DNA of 64,000 nt from Chiloscyllium plagiosum (GCF_004010195.1 NC_057753.1:8217309-8281308); one strand, 5' to 3'. Shown: positions 22,841 through 37,070, numbered from the stretch's first letter. Notes: generated from the sequence alone by a model not told the origin. Translations and numbers: made by a program.

Positions 22841-25800
22841 TAAGACCATAAGACCATAAGACAAAGGAGCGGAAGGAAGGCCATTCGGCTCATAGAGTCC
22901 ACTCCATCATTCAATCATGGCTGATGGGCATTTCAACTCCACTTACCCGCATTCTCCTCGTAGCCCTTAATTCCTTGTGACATCAAGAATTTATCAATTT
23001 CTGCCTTGAAGACATTTAGCGTCCCAGCCTCCACTGCACTCTGCGGCAATGAATTCCATAGGCCCACCACTCTCTGGCTGAAGAAATGTCTCCGCATTTC
23101 TGTTCTGAATTTACCCGCTCTAATTCTAAAGGCTGTGTCCACGGGTCCTAGTTTCCTTGCCTAAAGGAAAAAAAATCCTAGCATCCACACTCTCCAAGCC
23201 ATGTATTATCTTGCAAGTTTCTATTAGATCTCCCCTTAATCTTCTAAACTCCAATGAATACAATCCCAGGATCCTCAGCCGTTCCTCATATGTTAGACCT
23301 ACCATTCCAGGGATCATCCGTATGAATCTCCGCTGGACACGCTCCAGTGCCAGTATGTCCTTCCTGAAGTGTGGGGACCAAAACTGCACACAGTACTCCA
23401 AATGGGGCCTANNNNNNNNNNNNNNNNNNNNNNNNNNNNNNNNNNNNNNNNNNNNNNNNNNNNNNNNNNNNNNNNNNNNNNNNNNNNNNNNNNNNNNNNN
23501 NNNNNNNNNNNNNNNNNNNNNNNNNNNNNNNNNNNNNNNNNNNNNNNNNNNNNNNNNNNNNNNNNNNNNNNNNNNNNNNNNNNNNNNNNNNNNNNNNNNN
23601 NNNNNNNNNNNNNNNNNNNNNNNNNNNNNNNNNNNNNNNNNNNNNNNNNNNNNNNNNNNNNNNNNNNNNNNNNNNNNNNNNNNNNNNNNNNNNNNNNNNN
23701 NNNNNNNNNNNNNNNNNNNNNNNNNNNNNNNNNNNNNNNNNNNNNNNNNNNNNNNNNNNNNNNNNNNNNNNNNNNNNNNNNNNNNNNNNNNNNNNNNNNN
23801 NNNNNNNNNNNNNNNNNNNNNNNNNNNNNNNNNNNNNNNNNNNNNNNNNNNNNNNNNNNNNNNNNNNNNNNNNNNNNNNNNNNNNNNNNNNNNNNNNNNN
23901 NNNNNNNNNNNNNNNNNNNNNNNNNNNNNNNNNNNNNNNNNNNNNNNNNNNNNNNNNNNNNNNNNNNNNNNNNNNAGAACTCTAGGATGTAATCCATCGG
24001 GGCCAGGAGATTTATCAATTTTAAGACCATTTAGCTTTTCTAGCACTTTCTCTTTTGTAATGGCAACCATACTCAACTCAGCCCCCTGACTCCCTTTAAT
24101 TGTTGGGATATTACTCATGTCTTCCCCTGTGAAGACTGATGCAAAGTACTTATTAAGTTCTCCTGCTATTTCCTTATCTCCCATCACTAGGCTTCCAGCA
24201 TCAGTTTGAAGTGGCCCAATGAGACTCTTGCCTGTCGTTTGTTTCTTATGTATTGAAAGAAACTTTTATTATCATTTCTAATATTACTGGCTAGCCTACC
24301 TTCATATTTGATCCTCTCCTTCCTTATTTCTCTCTTTGTTATCCTCTGTTTGTTATTGTAGCCTTCCCAGTCTTCTGATTTCCCAGTGGCCTTGGCCACT
24401 TTATAGGATCTCTCTTTTTCTTTGATTGATTTCCTGACTTCCTTTGTCAGCCATGGCTGTCTAATCCCTCCCCGAATAATCTTTCTCTTCTTGGGGATGA
24501 ACCTCTGTACAGTGTCCTCAATCTTACCCACAAACTCCTGCCATTTTTGCTATAATGTCTTCCCTGCTAGGCTCTGCTTCCAGTCTATTTTCGTCAGTTC
24601 CTCTCTCATGGCATCATAAATACCTTTATTTAACTGTAACACTATTACATCGATTTTGCCTTCTCTCTTTCAAACTGCAGACTGAACTCTACCATATTAT
24701 GATTGTTGCTTCCTAAGTGTCCCCTTACTTTAAGATTTTTGATAAAGTCTGGTTCATTACATAGCACTAGGTCCAGAATAGCCTGCTCCCTTGTGGGCTC
24801 CATGACAAGCTGTTCCAAAAAGCCATCCTGCAAGCATTCCATGAATTCCCTTTCTTTGGATCCACTGGCAACATTAATTACCCAGTCCACCTGCATATTG
24901 AAGTCTCCCATGATCACCATGACCTTGCCTTTCTGATATGCCTTCTCTATTTTCCGATACATGTTGCGCCCCTGGTCCTGACCACTGTTAGGAGGTCTAT
25001 ACATAACACCCACTGTGGTTTTTTTGCCTTTGTGGTTCCACAATTCCACCCACATAGACTCCACATCATCCGAAACTATGTCATTCAGTGCCATAGATTT
25101 AATTTTGTTCTTAACTAACAAGGCAACCCCGCCCCCTCTGCCCACCTCCCTGTCTTTTCGATAAGTTGAAAACCCTTGGATGTTTAACTGCCAGTCCTGA
25201 CTCCCCTGGAACCACGTCTCTGTGATGCCTACCACATCATAATCATTCACGATGATCTATGCCCTTAGTTCATCTGCTTTGTTATGAATGCTCCGAGCAT
25301 TCAGGTAAAGTGCCTTAATCCTAACTTTCTTATCATTTGAGATATTGGAAGTCATAAGATGTCCTAAGTTACCCTTCCTTTTTGCTGCATTCCCAGTCTG
25401 TCTCAAGTTTAAATCTGCCTGCACATATGCTATCCTGCCGCTTATCTTTCCATTTAACTCCATACTCCCTGTCGCTTCCCCTTTCCCTTCCCCCCAACTC
25501 AGAACTTTAAAGTCCTACTGACTATCCTATTTATCCTCTTCGCTAGAACATTGGTATCTGATCGGTTCAGGTGGAGACCGTCCCAACGGTACAGATCTCC
25601 CCGGTTCCAAAACTGATGCCAATCCCCCATGAAGTGGAATCCCTCTTTCACACACCAATCCCTTAGCCACGTGTTTACTTCCCTAATTTTCTTATCCCTA
25701 TGCCAATTGGCACGTAGCTCGGGCAGTAATTCGGAAATTATGACCCTTGAGGACCTGTACTTCAATTTCCTTCCTGGTGCTCGATAATCCCCAAGCAGAT

Positions 25801-26015
25801 CCTCCACCCTAGCTTTGCCTATGTTGTTAGTCCCAACGTGGACCACAACAACTGGATCCTCCCCCTCCCGCTCCAATATCCTTTCAAGTCGGTCAGAGAT
25901 GCCCCGCACCCTGGCACCGGGTAGGCAACACACCATGCGAGACTCCCGATCTGGCTTGCAAAGGCAACTATCTGCCCCCCTAAATATAGAATCCCCTATA
26001 ACAACTATTTGTCCT
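22841..26015 (-). mobile_element. Near-full-length, relatively young CR1 LINE (ORF1 esterase, ORF2 APE and RT, 3' tail)
   Basis: ORF1 SGNH-esterase motifs VVVHVGTNN and DGLHLN (25499-25936); APE YLNARSI, GITETW, MGDFN, LDLVL (24645-25320); KSPGPDGLHPRV; RPHLEYCVQFW; (TCTTATGG)n tail at 22841-22862. A few frameshifts; RT core falls in gap 23412-23975. Confidence 0.95.
23412..23975. other. Assembly gap (564 N) inside the CR1 RT
   Basis: N run. Confidence 1.
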
Positions 26016-26149
26016 TGGTTGGTTTCAAACGGTGATCTGCTTTCTCACACCAACCTAAGGGAGTGCAGATGCTGGAGATGTGGAGCACAGCGATGTGTGG
26101 TTCTCATCGATTTTGACTTAAAGGAAAACAGCAACTTTAGGTTTCCAGG

Positions 26150-26350
26150 AAGCAGAGAGAGGGAGAGAGGGAAAGTGACAGAGTGAGAGAGAAAGCGAGG
26201 GGGAGAGGGAGGTAGAGTGTGGGAGAGGGAGAGAGAGTGAGGGAGAGAGGGTAGAGGAGGAGGGTTGCAGAGAGTGGGTGAGAGGGAGCGGGAGACAGAA
26301 AGGGAGAGGAACGGGTGGGAGAGAAAGGGGAGAGTGGGAGAGGGAGACAG
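26150..26350. repeat. GA-rich low-complexity polypurine tract
   Basis: Degenerate (GA)n/GGGAGA run. Confidence 0.85.
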
Positions 26351-26574
26351 ATGGTGGCGAATGGAGGGTGTGTTTCCAAGGAAAGCTCAGCTATCAACAG
26401 GTTTTAGACACGAGAGACTGACGAAACCCACAGTAAGCAATCAGACTCCAGACACTGACATCTCTGGATTCATATTTCAGAACAAACAGCTCCTCAGTGA
26501 CGGCCTGTGGACTCGCAGTTGCATTTTTGGATCTGCATTACTGGACTCCCAACAGTGAGCATGAGGTAGAAGAA

Positions 26575-26886
26575 GATTTATTAGCTTACTTACAGTGTAG
26601 AAAGAGGCCCTTCGGCCGAACAAGTCCACACCGACCCTTCGAAGAGCAATCCACCCAGACCCATTCCCCTGCACTTACCCGTTCACTGAACACTACAGGC
26701 AATTTCGCATGGCCAATTCACCTAAACTGCACATTTTTGGACTGTGGGAGGAAACCGGAGCACCAAAAGGAAACCCACGCAGACACGAGGATAACGTACA
26801 AACTGCACACAGACTTTTGCCTGAGTTGGGAATGGAACGCGAATCTCCAGCGCTGTGAGGCAGCAGCGTTACCCACTGTGCCGTCC
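26575..26886 (-). mobile_element. HE1-like SINE (older)
   Basis: Same architecture as 18663-18990 with more substitutions. Confidence 0.85.
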
Positions 26887-26899
26887 ACAAGAACAAACA

Positions 26900-29362
26900 G
26901 ATAAACAGATTATGGAAAGATGTAGAAGCACAGGTTGGTGCTGATGGGAAATTTTAATTTTCCCAACGTTGACTGGGATACACTGAACGTCAGAGGTCTG
27001 GATGAGGTAGAATTTGTAAGAAGTGCCCAGGAGAGTTTTCTAGATCAGTACGGGATAGTCCGACGAGGGAAAAGGCCATATTGGACCTGATACTGGGGAA
27101 CGAGGAAGGGTAGTTGACAGAAGTTGCGGGGTGGGGGGGGAATTCTTTGGGAACAGTGACCATAATTCTGGAAGTTTTAGAATACTCATCGATAAAGAAG
27201 AGAGTGGTCATCAGGAAAGTGTACGAAACTGGGCCAAGGTGAATTATATCAAAATTAGGCAGGAGCTCGGAAATGTGATTGGACACAGGTATTTGAAGAG
27301 AAGTCCACATTTAAGATGTGGGAGGCTTTCAAAGACAAGCTAAAGGTAGTCATGGATAGAAATGTCCCGTTGAAGGCAAAGGATACAAAGGGCATGATTT
27401 GTGAAACGTGGATGACAGGAGAAACTGTACGACGAGCCAGTGGAAAAGGAAAGCGTACATAAGGTCGTGGCAGCTAAGAATAGAACGGGCCCAGGAGCAA
27501 TATCGGCTAAGAGGGATCATGAAATAGCTTTCGCGAGAAGAATTAAGGAAAATCCCAAAGGATAGTATTCTTATATAAGAAGCAAGCGGTTAAATTGAGA
27601 AATGATAGATCCACTAAAGGATAATTAAGGAAAGCTGTGTGTCGAACCTGAGAGAATTGGTGAAATTTTGAATGATTACTTGGCATCAGTGTTCACTGAG
27701 GAGAGGAACATAATGAATGTTGAGATTAGAGATAGTAGCTTGATGAACCTGGATCACGTTTACATAAGAAGGGAATATGTTTTGGGTAGGTTAGAGGTTG
27801 TTAAAGTGGGCAAATCCACAGGACCGGGTGGGATATATCCCAGGTTGTTGAGGGAGGCGAGAGAGGAAATTGCTGGGGCCCTGACACATATCTTTGTGGC
27901 ATCCTTAAATACAGGTGAGGTTCCAGAGAACTGTAGGGTTGCTTATGTTGTCCCTCTGTACAAGAAGGGTAGTAGAGATAACCCAGGCAACTACAGACCA
28001 GTGAGCTTGACGTCAGTGGTGGGAAAGTTGATAGAGAAGGTACTACGTGATAGGATATATTTATATTTAGGAAATAATGAGCTTATCAGTGATAGGCAAC
28101 ATGTTTATTGCGGGGGAGATCGTGCCTTACCAACCTATTCAAGTACTTCGAGGAAGTGACCAGATGAAGGAAGGGCTGTTGATGTCATAGACATGGACTT
28201 AAGTAAGGGGTTTGATATGGTTCCCATTTTTAGAGTAATGGAGTAATGCAGGGTGTTCCAGCGAGATGGATAAAGAACTGTTTGAGCAACAGGAGACAGA
28301 GAGTAGTAGTTGAAGGGAGTTTCTCGAAATAGAGAAAGGTTACCAGTGGTGGTCGACAGGGATCAGTGTTGGGCCACTGTTTTCATAATGTATATAAATG
28401 ATCAGGAAGTGGGCACTTTTGGTATGATCAGCAAGTTTACAGATGACACGAAGAGTGGTGGAGTAGCAGAATGCATAAGGGACTGTCAGAGAATACAGGA
28501 GGATATACATAGACTGGTGAGTTAGGCACAAAAGTGGCAGGTGGGTTTAAATCCAAACAAATGTGAGGTGATGCATTTAGGCAAGACTACTTCTCGAGCG
28601 AATTATACAATGAATGGAAGAACCTTGGGAAAAGTTGATGGGCAGAGAGATCGAGAAGTGCAGATCCATTGTACCCCGAGGTTTGCTGCATAGATGGATA
28701 GAGTGGTCCAGACGACATATCGTATGCTTGCTTTATTGGACGGGGTATTGAGTTCAAGAGCTTACAAGTCATGTTATAATTGTACAAGGCATTGGTTCAG
28801 CCGCATTTAGAATACTGTGCATAGTTCTAATCGCCAAATTACCAAAAGGATGTGGACACTTTGGAGAGGGTGCAACGAAGGTTTACGAGGATGTTGCGTG
28901 GTGTGGAAGGTGCTAGCTATAAAGAGAAGTTGAGTAGGTTAGGTTTATTTTCAATAGAAAAAAGGAGATTGAGGGGAAACCTGATTGAGCTTTACAAATT
29001 CATGAAGGGTATGGACAAAATGGAGAAAGATAAGATCATTTTTCGAGGGAGAAGGATTCAATAACTAGAGGTCACACTTTCATGGTGAAAACTGAAAGGT
29101 TTAAGGGGCATTCACAGGGCAAGTACTTCACACAGAGGGTGGTGGATGTTTGGAATGCTTTGCCAGCAAAGGTGGTAGAAGCAGGCATGGTAGATTCATT
29201 TAAGATGCGTCTGAACAAATGCATAAGTTGGTGGGGAGCAGAGGGATACAGATGCTTAGAAATGAACTGACCGGTTTAGACTGTACGTTGGGATCATCCC
29301 GGGCTTGTAGGGCGGAAGGGTCTGTTCGTGGGCTGCAAATCTTCGTTGTTCTTTCGTTTTTC
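26900..29362 (+). mobile_element. Decayed CR1 ORF2 (partial APE, RT, 3' end)
   Basis: GNFNFPNVDW, ILDLIL, ORF 27668-28159 (NYRPVSLTSVVGK), FTDDTK, FTQRVVDVWNALP. Confidence 0.9.
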
Positions 29363-29364
29363 TA

Positions 29365-30358
29365 TTCGCCTCCTTCCAATCCTCCAGTACGACTGGAGTG
29401 AGGAGGCAAAAGTCTTCGCCAGGTGTTTAGCAACCTCATTTCGTGCTTTCCAGAGCAGCTTAGGATAATTCTTGTCTGGCCCTAGGGACGGCACGGTTAG
29501 CACTGCTGCCTCATAGCGCCGGAGACCCGGGTTCAATTCCCGCCTCAGGCGACTGACTGTGTGGAGTTTGCACGTTCTCCCCGTGTTTGCGTGGGTTTCC
29601 TCCGGGTGCTCCGGTTTCCTCCCATAATCCAAAGATGTGCAGGTCAGCTGAATTAGCCTTGCTTAATTGCCCCTAGTGTTAGGTAAGGGGTAAATGTAGG
29701 GGAATGGGAGGGTTGCCCTTCGGCAGGTCTGTGTGGACTTGTTGGGCCGAAGAGCCTGTTTCCACACTGTAATGTGATCTAATCTAAGCTTCCACTTATC
29801 TTTCTTAATGTTGGCCAAAATTACCAGCACACCAACTTCATCAATCTTGATCTGGTCAAGCCTGCATCCCAGCTGTTCAATGTTTTCATTCGCAACAAAG
29901 TCCCTTTCCTTAGTGACCACCGAAACAAAAACAAACTAATTTAGGGCTTCCACTATCTGCTCAGACTCAAAGCTTCAACTCCCTCCGCTATCCCTGATCG
30001 TCCCTTCATTCTCCCTGATCATTCTCTTATTCCTCATGTATGAGTAAAATGCCTTGGAATTCTCCCTAATTCTCTTGCCAAGCCTTTTCTGTGCCCCTCC
30101 TGGCTTTTATCAGTGCATTTCTCAGCTCCATTCTAGTAAGCTTGTAATCCTCTAAAGCTGTGCTCGATACTTGCTTCCTGCAACTTACGCAAGCTGCCTT
30201 CTTCCTTTCGATGAGAAGCTCCTCTTTTCTCGTCATGCAAGGTTCCTTAATCTTGGCCTTTCTTACTTGTTTCAGAGGAAAAAATTCGTGCAACACTCGC
30301 GCAACTGCTCCTTAAATAGTCTCCACAGTTATGCTGTGCACTTTCTATGGAACAATTG
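29365..30358 (-). mobile_element. CR1 fragment (paralog of 5535-6220) interrupted by a SINE
   Basis: Same translations as the unit A fragment. Confidence 0.8.
29490..29787 (+). mobile_element. Young HE1-type SINE specific to unit B
   Basis: B box GGTTCAATTCC and tail atctaatctaa; the empty site agggac|ttatc is seen near 5659. Confidence 0.92.
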
Positions 30359-31397
30359 CAACACTGAAGATGTCACTTACAAATGGGACAAAACATCTGG
30401 AAACCACCTTCCTAGCTGGACGGACATGCCCATAGCAACTGCAACCAGCACCCCAGCTACAAATATTTACACAGACCTTAAATAAATAACACGACAGTGC
30501 TGACGTATGCATCTCAATGCAGAGGAGCTGCATGCGATGGCCTAGTGGCATTATTCAAGGCTCAGGAAATGTTTGCTGTTATTGCGCTCAGATCTGGCTA
30601 TGGCAGATAGTGGACTTTGAATTCAATATAAATGTGGATTTAAAAATCTAATGACAACAATGAAACTGACGTTGATTGTCAGCGATAGAATTAAAAATAT
30701 CTGATTCACTAATATTCTGTAGGGAAGAAAACTTGATTGGCCGACATGTTAAGTCCAGACCCTCAACACTCTGGTTAGCTCTCAACTGTATTCTGGATAT
30801 TCAGAGATGAGCAGTGAATGCTGGCCGATCCAAAGACGCCCGTACACTCTGAATGAACTTTCAGGAAAAGGGAAACTTGAAGCCATTTCTCAATTTGCCC
30901 ACCAAATTCCTCCTTTGTGTTTGAATCTCAGCACAATCCATGACAGGACTTGAAAACTGCAAACAAAATTCTGGTTTAAAACGACCTGTCAATCAAAGAA
31001 ACAGAAGAAGAACATGACCAGCAAGGGACTCTGCTCTAGTACCATGTCAGACAGATCCAGTGGTTGAGCATGTCAGTTTAAAGCTCGTACTCACTTCAAA
31101 ATTGTCATTAACAGTACCAATGATTTTATTAATTTATGCACAAAATATAGTCAAGAAGTGGAAATAAGCTTGCACCTGAAGTACAATTCGGTTATTTATA
31201 AACTAGTTATGAGAAGAGAAAAGATATTTTGTGATCAAGGTTTAGATAATAAGATAATGTGTTTATTTTTGTAATCTGAATTATCCTAGCCTTTATACAG
31301 TGGTAGCAATGTACAGCACGGAAACACACCCTTCAGTGCAACTCGTTCATGCCATCTAGTTATCCCAAATTAATCGAGTTCCATTTGCCAGATGTCA

Positions 31398-31612
31398 GAG
31401 ACAGGTTCTTTACTCAGAGAGCGTTAAGGTCGTGGAATGCCCTACCTGCCATTGTAATAAACTCAGCCACATTAGGGAGATTTAAACAATCCTTGGATAA
31501 GCACATGGATGATGATGGGATAGTGTAGGGAGACGAGCTGTGAATTGTTCACAGGTCGGTGCAACATTGATGGCCGAAGGACCTGTTGCGTGCTGTATTG
31601 TTCTATGTTCTA
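31398..31612 (+). mobile_element. Short CR1 3' end within the unit-B-only upstream block
   Basis: RFFTQRALRSWNALP, then GGCCGAAGGACCTGTT...TGTTCTATGTTCTAT tail. Confidence 0.8.
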
Positions 31613-32055
31613 TCCTCTGGCATTGTGCTGAGTTGTCTGCTGTTCCAAGGTGGTCGACACGCCTTTTTTATTCATAGCTTGAAAACTTTCAAACCCTCAT
31701 GTCCCCTGTAATATTTCGTATCCAAGGAAAAATGATTTTGCTCAAGTTCTCGACAATTTCCATCATTGCATTGACTAACGACGCTCATAAATCCCATCCA
31801 AAATCGATGCATTTTCCACAGTGAGAGGAAAAGAAGCGCAATATTGAAATGTAAATGATTTCATCCTGTTTGTTCAGAGACTATAATTAATGGCATACTC
31901 CATGGATGCTTATTGGGAGTCTAGAGGATTACACTCTTCTATTAATAAGGCACTGCTCTCAACCTGTTATTCAACACGGCCAATGGGAGCATCACATACG
32001 AAAACAGATAGATAACGAAGAGAATCTGATATTGACAAGCATTTGTATGACAACG

Positions 32056-32233
32056 ATGGATCTGCATCTGAGGACCCGAGATTTGAACGCTACAACAATG
32101 GAGAAGAGTTATTATTGGTCACTTTTCTATCTTACATATTATAACTGGCTGAAATTCGAACAGCGGGTTCAATATGTACTTGAAGTAATTCAGGCAGGTT
32201 ACTATCCTATCCTCGCTATCGTTGGAGTTCCCG
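32056..32233 (+). CDS. GPR139/GPR142-like GPCR, copy B, coding exon 1
   Basis: MDLHLRTRDLNATTMEKSYYW...YYPILAIVGVP, then G|gtaggt donor at 32234; joins exon 2 in frame to give GVPVNAITIFILL. An alternative in-frame ATG exists at 32047. Confidence 0.87.
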
Positions 32234-32564
32234 GTAGGTTTCTTTATATCATTATTAATTCTGTATAACATGGTTCCTTCATTAATTGCCTATGACTAGA
32301 AATCTAAGCACATATTTATTTTCACATCGAGTCATGTTCTTCATTCTCTAATGATTAATTACATTGCTCTACCTTGCCAATTCCAGATACTGAGTTAATG
32401 TGTTCGCATGTTGCTCACTCCGTTTGCTTATTTCTGAGCTGAGCAGAGTGACATTGCCTTTTTTGGGTCATTCAAAATTTAAAACACTCTCGTATCTAAA
32501 TTCAAAACACTGACCTATTGCACTTTATATTACTTATTCCCAAATATTCCTCAATGCAACTAGA

Positions 32565-33640
32565 GAGTAGAACACAGAATACGACAGCGCAGGACAGGCC
32601 CTTCGGCCCTTGATGTTGAGCCGACCTGTGGAACAAATCTGACGCCCAGCCAGACCATACCATTCCATTTTCATCGTTACGTTTACCCAGCGAACATTTA
32701 AATGCCCTTAAGTTGCAAACAGTGCGTTCCGCGCCCTTATTACTCTGACATCTAAAGACACTACCTCTGACATCTTTCTTATGTTTATCAAAACTCAATT
32801 TAAAGCTAAGCCCCCTTTACTAGGCATCGTCATTCGAGGGAAATGGTTTTCACTGTGCACCTTCTCTAACCCTCTGATTATCTGATGTGTTCATTTTCTG
32901 CCTCTCAAACTTGTTCAACTGAAAACTGCCTCAGGTCCCTCAGCCTTTCCTCATAAGACCTTTCAGCCATACAAGGCAACATGCCAGTAAATATATTCTA
33001 AACCCTTTCCAAAGCTTCCACATCCTTTTTGTAATGCGGTGACCAGAACTTTAATCTTTACTCCAAGTGCGGCCGTACAAAGTTTTGTACAGCTGCATCA
33101 TGATCTTGTGGCTCCGAAACTCAATCCATCTACCATTATAAGGTAACACATCGTATGCCATCTTAACAACCTTATCAACCTGTGTTGTAACTTTTACAGA
33201 CCTATGCATTTGGACGCAGATATCTCTCTGCTAATCTGTACTACCAAGAACCCTACCATTAGCCCAGCGCTCTTTATTCTTGTTGCTCTTTCCAAAGAAA
33301 ATCAGCTCACTCTTTTCCGCATTAAAATCCATTTGCCACATCTCAGCCCGCCTCTGCAGCTTAACTCTGCCCCTCTCTAACCAGCAACATTATTCAGTAC
33401 TATTCATAACTCTACCGATCTTCGTATCATCTGCAAATTTACTGATTCATCCTTCTACACCCTCATCTCGGTAAATTTTAAAATTGACAATCAGCAGTGG
33501 CCTACAACAGATATTTGCGATACACCACTCGTAACTGAACTGAAGGAAGATTTCCTATCAACCACACCCTCTGTCTTCTTTCAGCTAGCTAATTTCTGAT
33601 CAAAACGGCAAAATCGCACTCAATCTCATGCCTCCGCATT
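32565..33640 (-). mobile_element. CR1 3' portion in GPCR copy B intron
   Basis: Paralog of 7655-8730. Confidence 0.85.
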
Positions 33641-33964
33641 TTGTTCAATAACTCTTGTTTTATTATTAAATCCAGACTTGACTCTTCCATGTTATCCAGG
33701 CCATCTTTCAGATCGTTTCTTCCTAAACCAGAAGGTAGCCTTAATATTTCCACTAGTATTCAAACTCAGATGAAATACAGTTCATCCTTCAGGACTCTGC
33801 TCAGCGATCACCATTGTTTTGTGGTCTACAGGAGCTATGTCTGAAGAAATCTCATAGTCAATCAAGAATTGCAAAAATGATTTCATCTTTATTGCATGAA
33901 GCAACCAAAATCAGACCCTTCAAATGAACCCGGTAAGCTTCACAACTCAACTTGGCTATTGTCT

Positions 33965-34103
33965 GACAAAGTTAAAAATCACATAACACAAGGTTATAGT
34001 TGAACAGGTTTATTTGGATGCAGAAGCTTTAGGTCTGAAAGCTTGTACTTCCAAATAAATCTGTTCGATTCTAACCTGGTGTTGCGGGAATTTTAACATT
34101 GTC
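33965..34103. repeat. Imperfect palindrome (paralog of 9212-9350)
   Basis: Essentially identical to the unit A copy. Confidence 0.7.
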
Positions 34104-35943
34104 CAGCCAAGTTCAATATTGGTACCTTCAATATTATCAGGTTCATGATGGAACTTGTCCCCGATTCTTCCAGTGATGTCTCTGGATATTGTCAGCGTTG
34201 AATCTTAATAAAATGTCGTTCTGTAGAGTTCTGCTAAAAGAGAGTTCTGGTTTTCAAATCTCAGAGTTTCACCCTTCAAGTCTACGATGCAATATATTGA
34301 TGATTCTTTAGAGTCCTTCTATCCAAAGTATTTATTATTCTTTTGGGGTCTTTGAAACTGCAACATGTTTCATTGTCAGAAGAAGCTTATTCGTTCGTTG
34401 TTGCATTTGTCCTCAACTAATTGTTTGAAGATACAGTTTTACTCTATTTAACTTCTTGAATGTTGCTGAAGGGCAATCAGTTGTTCTTTAATGCAGCAAA
34501 TCAGCCACTCATGAAGCAGTTGGCAAGTCAGTTTCATTTACGCAATTCCGACTTTTTTCCAAGACATAATTAATTGCGATCAATCACTCTATCAGAATGT
34601 GTATTTCCCGCTTAAAAGCTTATTTCGTACTGATGTATTGCTGACACATTCTGTCTGTGACAATTTATCTTTGGTTCAGTTATTCAATTCATGAGTAGTT
34701 ATGGAAGCTTTGGGTTCTGTAATACCACAAGAAGTATTCCCTCTCTGATGCTCCCCTCGAATTAAGGTCATTATAAAACTCATGTGGTTGAGTCTATAGG
34801 ATTAATTTAAATTATTTTACCGAGTCTGACACCCCGGAGACGGCCCGTTTGCACAAACTGGTTCATGCTAATCAAAATGGCCATTGATGCTAACCTCATA
34901 TCTATGCACTTGGCCTGTATCCTCCTATTCCTTTCCTTTCCTTGCATTTGTTCAAAAGAATTTAAAAGCTGTTAATGTACCCACCTCAAAAACTTCCAAT
35001 GGCAACTCATTTTATATGCATACCAGCCTTTGTGCAAAAATGTTGTCCCGCAGGTTCACTTTTATTCATTCCCCTCTAACCTTAAACTGATGTTCTCTAG
35101 TCCCAACCCTGGCTTTTCATGCTCTGTTATGTCAGATATCCCCTCGTCTCCGGTACGCTAAATAAAAAATCTCCTGGCTTGTCTCCCTATAACTCATGCC
35201 TGAGTCCGGAAAATATCCTTGTACATTTTTTCTACACTGTTTCCAGTTTAATGACATCTTTCCGATTGCAAGGTGATCAAAACGGAACACAATGCTGCAA
35301 GTTGGGATTGAATGACGTCCTGTACAACTGCAAAATAACGTCAGAACTTCTATGTCCGTGTCCTGACTGATGAAGTCCAGTGTGCCAATAGCCTTTTTCA
35401 CTGCCCTGTCTACCTGTGACTCCACTTTCAGAGAACTGTGAACCTGAATTCCAGGGTCCCTCTGTTGAATTACTCTCTGTAAGGCACTTCCTTTCACCAT
35501 GAACTCCTATCTTGATTCGACTTTCCAAAACGCAAGACCTCATGCTTACCAATATTATACTCCATTTGTCATGTTTCAGCCCAAATGATCCTGATCCTGA
35601 TATACTTTCTGACAACCTGCACTGTCCATGATAACGTCTATTTTATTGTCATCTGCAAATTTACTGATCATACCTTGTACATTGTCATACAAATTATTGA
35701 TAGAATTACCAAAGACCATTGGGGAAGCACCAATCCCTGAGGCATTCGAATAGTAACGCTTTCCCAGTCCGACAAGAATCTTTCCAATATTTCCCTCTGT
35801 TTTCTGCAATCAAGACAATTGTGAATCCAAGTTGCCAGCTCCCCGGAATGACATGCCATCGAACCTTCCGGAGAAGCCTGTCGTGTGCAATCTAATCAAA
35901 GAACTTGCTGAATTCAATATAGACTCCGTCTGCCGCCCTGCGC

Positions 35944-36651
35944 TGTTATGCACGGTTTAAACTGTCCTGATTACTTTAAAACCAGCAACACAGAAGAGAT
36001 TTATCCCGTGCTGCAATCTGTTAAAAATATCGAGTTGCCAAGAACTATGTAAAGTAAAATTCACAACTTTATTTCTGAAAGCATAATCGAAAAAAAATTA
36101 CCACTATTTATAATTTCTTTCTCTGACCTATTTTTACGTTCCATTCTCTAATACTAGTCCAATAAAACTCACAATTAAGATATACAAAACAATAATTCTA
36201 ATCACAAACTCAAAACAGCCGTAGGTTTTTGTCTTCGGATCTAACTGTGTCTTTGTTTCTCCTTATCAGGACTTTCTGCGTTACAGGTTACTAATCGAAA
36301 AGGTAGTTTAAAGAGAGACATTTTTCAAACTAGGATGCTAGGATGTAACATTTCTCCTGTCAGCTGTCCAATGTTCCCCCGGTCTTATACCCCAGAGCAT
36401 TGGATTGTGCCATTAGCCTTTAAGGTTGTCAATATACTCAAATCAAACTTGATTGGAAGTTGTTACTTTCTTCGGGGTATAATTGAAACTGATTGGACGA
36501 ATTGGAATTTCTGTCTGACCCAAAGGAAACGAGCTAATCACGTTGATTGACGAAGTGTTACATGCATTGTTGTCTTATTGAGAACACTGGGGGCTTTGCC
36601 CGGTACTTCTGCTGCTTTTAACTCTTAAGGTACACCCACATCTTCAGAATC
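35944..36651 (-). mobile_element. Solo LTR (paralog of 11192-11905)
   Basis: Begins tgttatgcac on the + strand and ends catcttcagaat; interrupts CR1 RT. Confidence 0.65.
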
Positions 36652-37070
36652 TACTTAGTGACTTCGTGAAAGAACACTGACAAATTTGTGAGTCATTATC
36701 TCCCACGTCCAAAGCCATGTTGAAAATTCATTTTCAACCCCTATGTTTCCAAATGCATGTATACCTTACCTCTCAGAATCTTCTCACTTAACGTACTGAT
36801 CTATCATTCCCAGGATTTTGCATATAGCCTTTCTTGTATTAAAACACAACATTCGCTACCCTCATGTTTTCTGGTACCTCACCCATAACTGATTATGATA
36901 CAGACATATCAGGCCAGGCCCCTGAACTGTCGTCTCCAGGCTCTTGCTGGGTTCGAAAACATATCTGATTAGGACCAGGAGATCTTTATATCTTCATTTT
37001 TACAAATAAATCCAAGGCCTCCTGTTATGTAGACTGTACCCACGACCCCAAGACTTCATATCATTGTGTC

